Shown piece by piece: positions 32,044 to 33,012 of a stretch of DNA of 33,012 nucleotides. A program made the translations under genes and the position numbers. Position 1 is the stretch's first letter, and each line of letters begins with the position of its first letter. Below the pieces are notes generated by a model. The model was not told the DNA's origin. It saw only the letters and a list, made by a program, of their open reading frames with translations, and searched no databases. The stretch spans positions 1 through 33,012 of IMG/VR virus record IMGVR_UViG_3300045988_126595; one strand, 5' to 3'. The stretch is from a virus.

Positions 32044-32544
32044 ATGAAAGAAATATGGAAAGATATTCCAAATTATGAGGGATTATATCAAGCAAGTAAT
32101 TTGGGGAACATCAGAAGTTTAAAAAATAGATGGGGAAATCGTATTGAACCAAGATTGGTAAAACAGCAAAAAACAAATAAAGGATATAAAAGAGTTAGAC
32201 TGAGTAAAAAAAATAAGTCAAAAACTTTTATGGTTCATAGAATAATATATATAACATTCATTAAAGATATTGAAAATGGTTTAGAAATAAATCATAAAGA
32301 CTTTAATAGAGAAAATAACAAAATTAACAATTTGGAAATGATAACTCACACAAATAATGTTAGATACAGTAAAGCAAAACCAATTATACAATTAAGTCTA
32401 AACAACGAATATATAAGACAATGGGATTGTATTCGTGATGTAAAAAGAGAAATAGGTATAGACCATAGACAAATATGTGCTTGTCTGTTAGGAAAACAAA
32501 AAACTTGTCATGGCTATAAATGGAAATATAAGGAGAGTGATTAA
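32044..32544 (+). CDS. NUMOD4 plus HNH_3-type free-standing homing endonuclease inserted between holin and endolysin
   Basis: EIWKDIPNYEGLYQASNLGNIRS (NUMOD4) and INHKDFNRENNKINNLEMITHTNN (HNH). Confidence 0.85.
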   Translation: MKEIWKDIPNYEGLYQASNLGNIRSLKNRWGNRIEPRLVKQQKTNKGYKRVRLSKKNKSKTFMVHRIIYITFIKDIENGLEINHKDFNRENNKINNLEMITHTNNVRYSKAKPIIQLSLNNEYIRQWDCIRDVKREIGIDHRQICACLLGKQKTCHGYKWKYKESD

Positions 32545-32545
32545 A

Positions 32546-33012
32546 ATGATACCTATTGTAAAACAATTAGTACCAGAAAGTAAGTATGGTATAAAGTGTC
32601 CTTATAAGATGACACCAACAAGAATAGTAGTACATAATACAGCCAATGATGCTACTGCTAGAAATGAAATAGCATATATGACAAACAATAATAATGAAAC
32701 ATCATTTCATTATGCTGTAGATGATAAAGAAATAGTTCAAGGCTTGCCTGAAAATAGAAATGGTTGGCACGCCAGTGACGGAAATGGTAAAGGAAATAGA
32801 GAAGGAATAGCCATTGAAATATGTTATTCACTATCAGGAGGAGACCGATTTATTAAAGCTGAACAAAATGCAGTTGACCTAATCGTAGATATATTAAAAA
32901 GATATGGTTGGGGAATTGATAGAGTAACAAAACACCAAGATTATGGAAATCATAAATATTGTCCTCATAGAACATTAGATATGGGGTGGGATAGATTTCT
33001 AAATATGATAAA
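32546..33012 (+). CDS. Endolysin N-terminal part: N-acetylmuramoyl-L-alanine amidase (Amidase_2/PGRP fold); continues at position 1
   Basis: RIVVHNTANDATARNEIAYM...SFHYAVDD...GWHASDGNGKGNREGIAIEICY...HQDY...CPH. The RBS aaggagagtga lies inside the HNH gene 3' end. Confidence 0.9.
   Translation, partial: MIPIVKQLVPESKYGIKCPYKMTPTRIVVHNTANDATARNEIAYMTNNNNETSFHYAVDDKEIVQGLPENRNGWHASDGNGKGNREGIAIEICYSLSGGDRFIKAEQNAVDLIVDILKRYGWGIDRVTKHQDYGNHKYCPHRTLDMGWDRFLNMI
32958..33012. repeat. Terminal direct repeat, identical to 1-55
   Basis: Exact 55/55 identity read directly. Confidence 0.95.

Noticed and set aside
255-32566. All minus-strand ORFs in the track (e.g. 255..482, 8159..8350, 13289..13594, 14556..14801, 25638..25907, 26718..27218)
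   Set aside because: Each lies fully inside a well-supported + strand gene, lacks an RBS, and translates to low-complexity Ile/Leu/Phe/Ser-rich sequence typical of antisense shadow ORFs in AT-rich DNA.

Overview
The window is a complete, circularly closed genome of a very AT-rich tailed phage. The first and last 55 bp are identical (1-55 = 32958-33012), giving a unique length of 32,957 bp. Gene order is siphovirus-like, and several traits point to a Clostridium-like Firmicutes host: an Amidase_2 endolysin with ChW-like repeats, near-consensus sigma-A promoters and AGGAGG-type RBSs. All credible genes lie on the + strand; the minus-strand ORFs look like AT-rich shadow ORFs. Modules in window order: endolysin tail plus a small HNH gene (1-810); an early region of small genes behind consensus promoters (881-3729); an SNF2 helicase / PAPS-reductase-like / ParB-like trio (3722-6745); regulators, a replisome organiser with internal iterons, and an ERF plus PD-(D/E)XK recombination pair (6750-9897); many small ORFs (9890-15559); a 349-bp structured non-coding region that is probably the packaging site (15560-15908); then terminase, portal, MuF-like, scaffold, capsid, connectors, major tail, tape measure, baseplate/fibre, tail collar and the lysis cassette. 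I saw no integrase, repressor, tRNA, rRNA, CRISPR array or reverse transcriptase. The most unusual feature is that the large terminase is a fractured gene. The N-extein plus an N-intein half ends at a stop codon, a free-standing HNH endonuclease gene with its own perfect promoter and RBS follows, and a short ORF then encodes the C-intein half plus a 17-aa C-extein that completes the terminase nuclease motif. Other leads: an IbrA/IbrB-like putative DNA-modification module coupled to the SNF2 helicase; promoter, short structured leader and terminator cassettes ahead of the replication and head operons; and a tail-assembly-chaperone-like overlapping ORF pair about 12 kb away from a tail module that has none. 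Further leads are four HNH endonuclease genes, a tiny membrane protein with a dockerin/EF-hand loop, and intragenomic paralogs. All functional calls rest on motifs read by eye and need HMM or BLAST confirmation.
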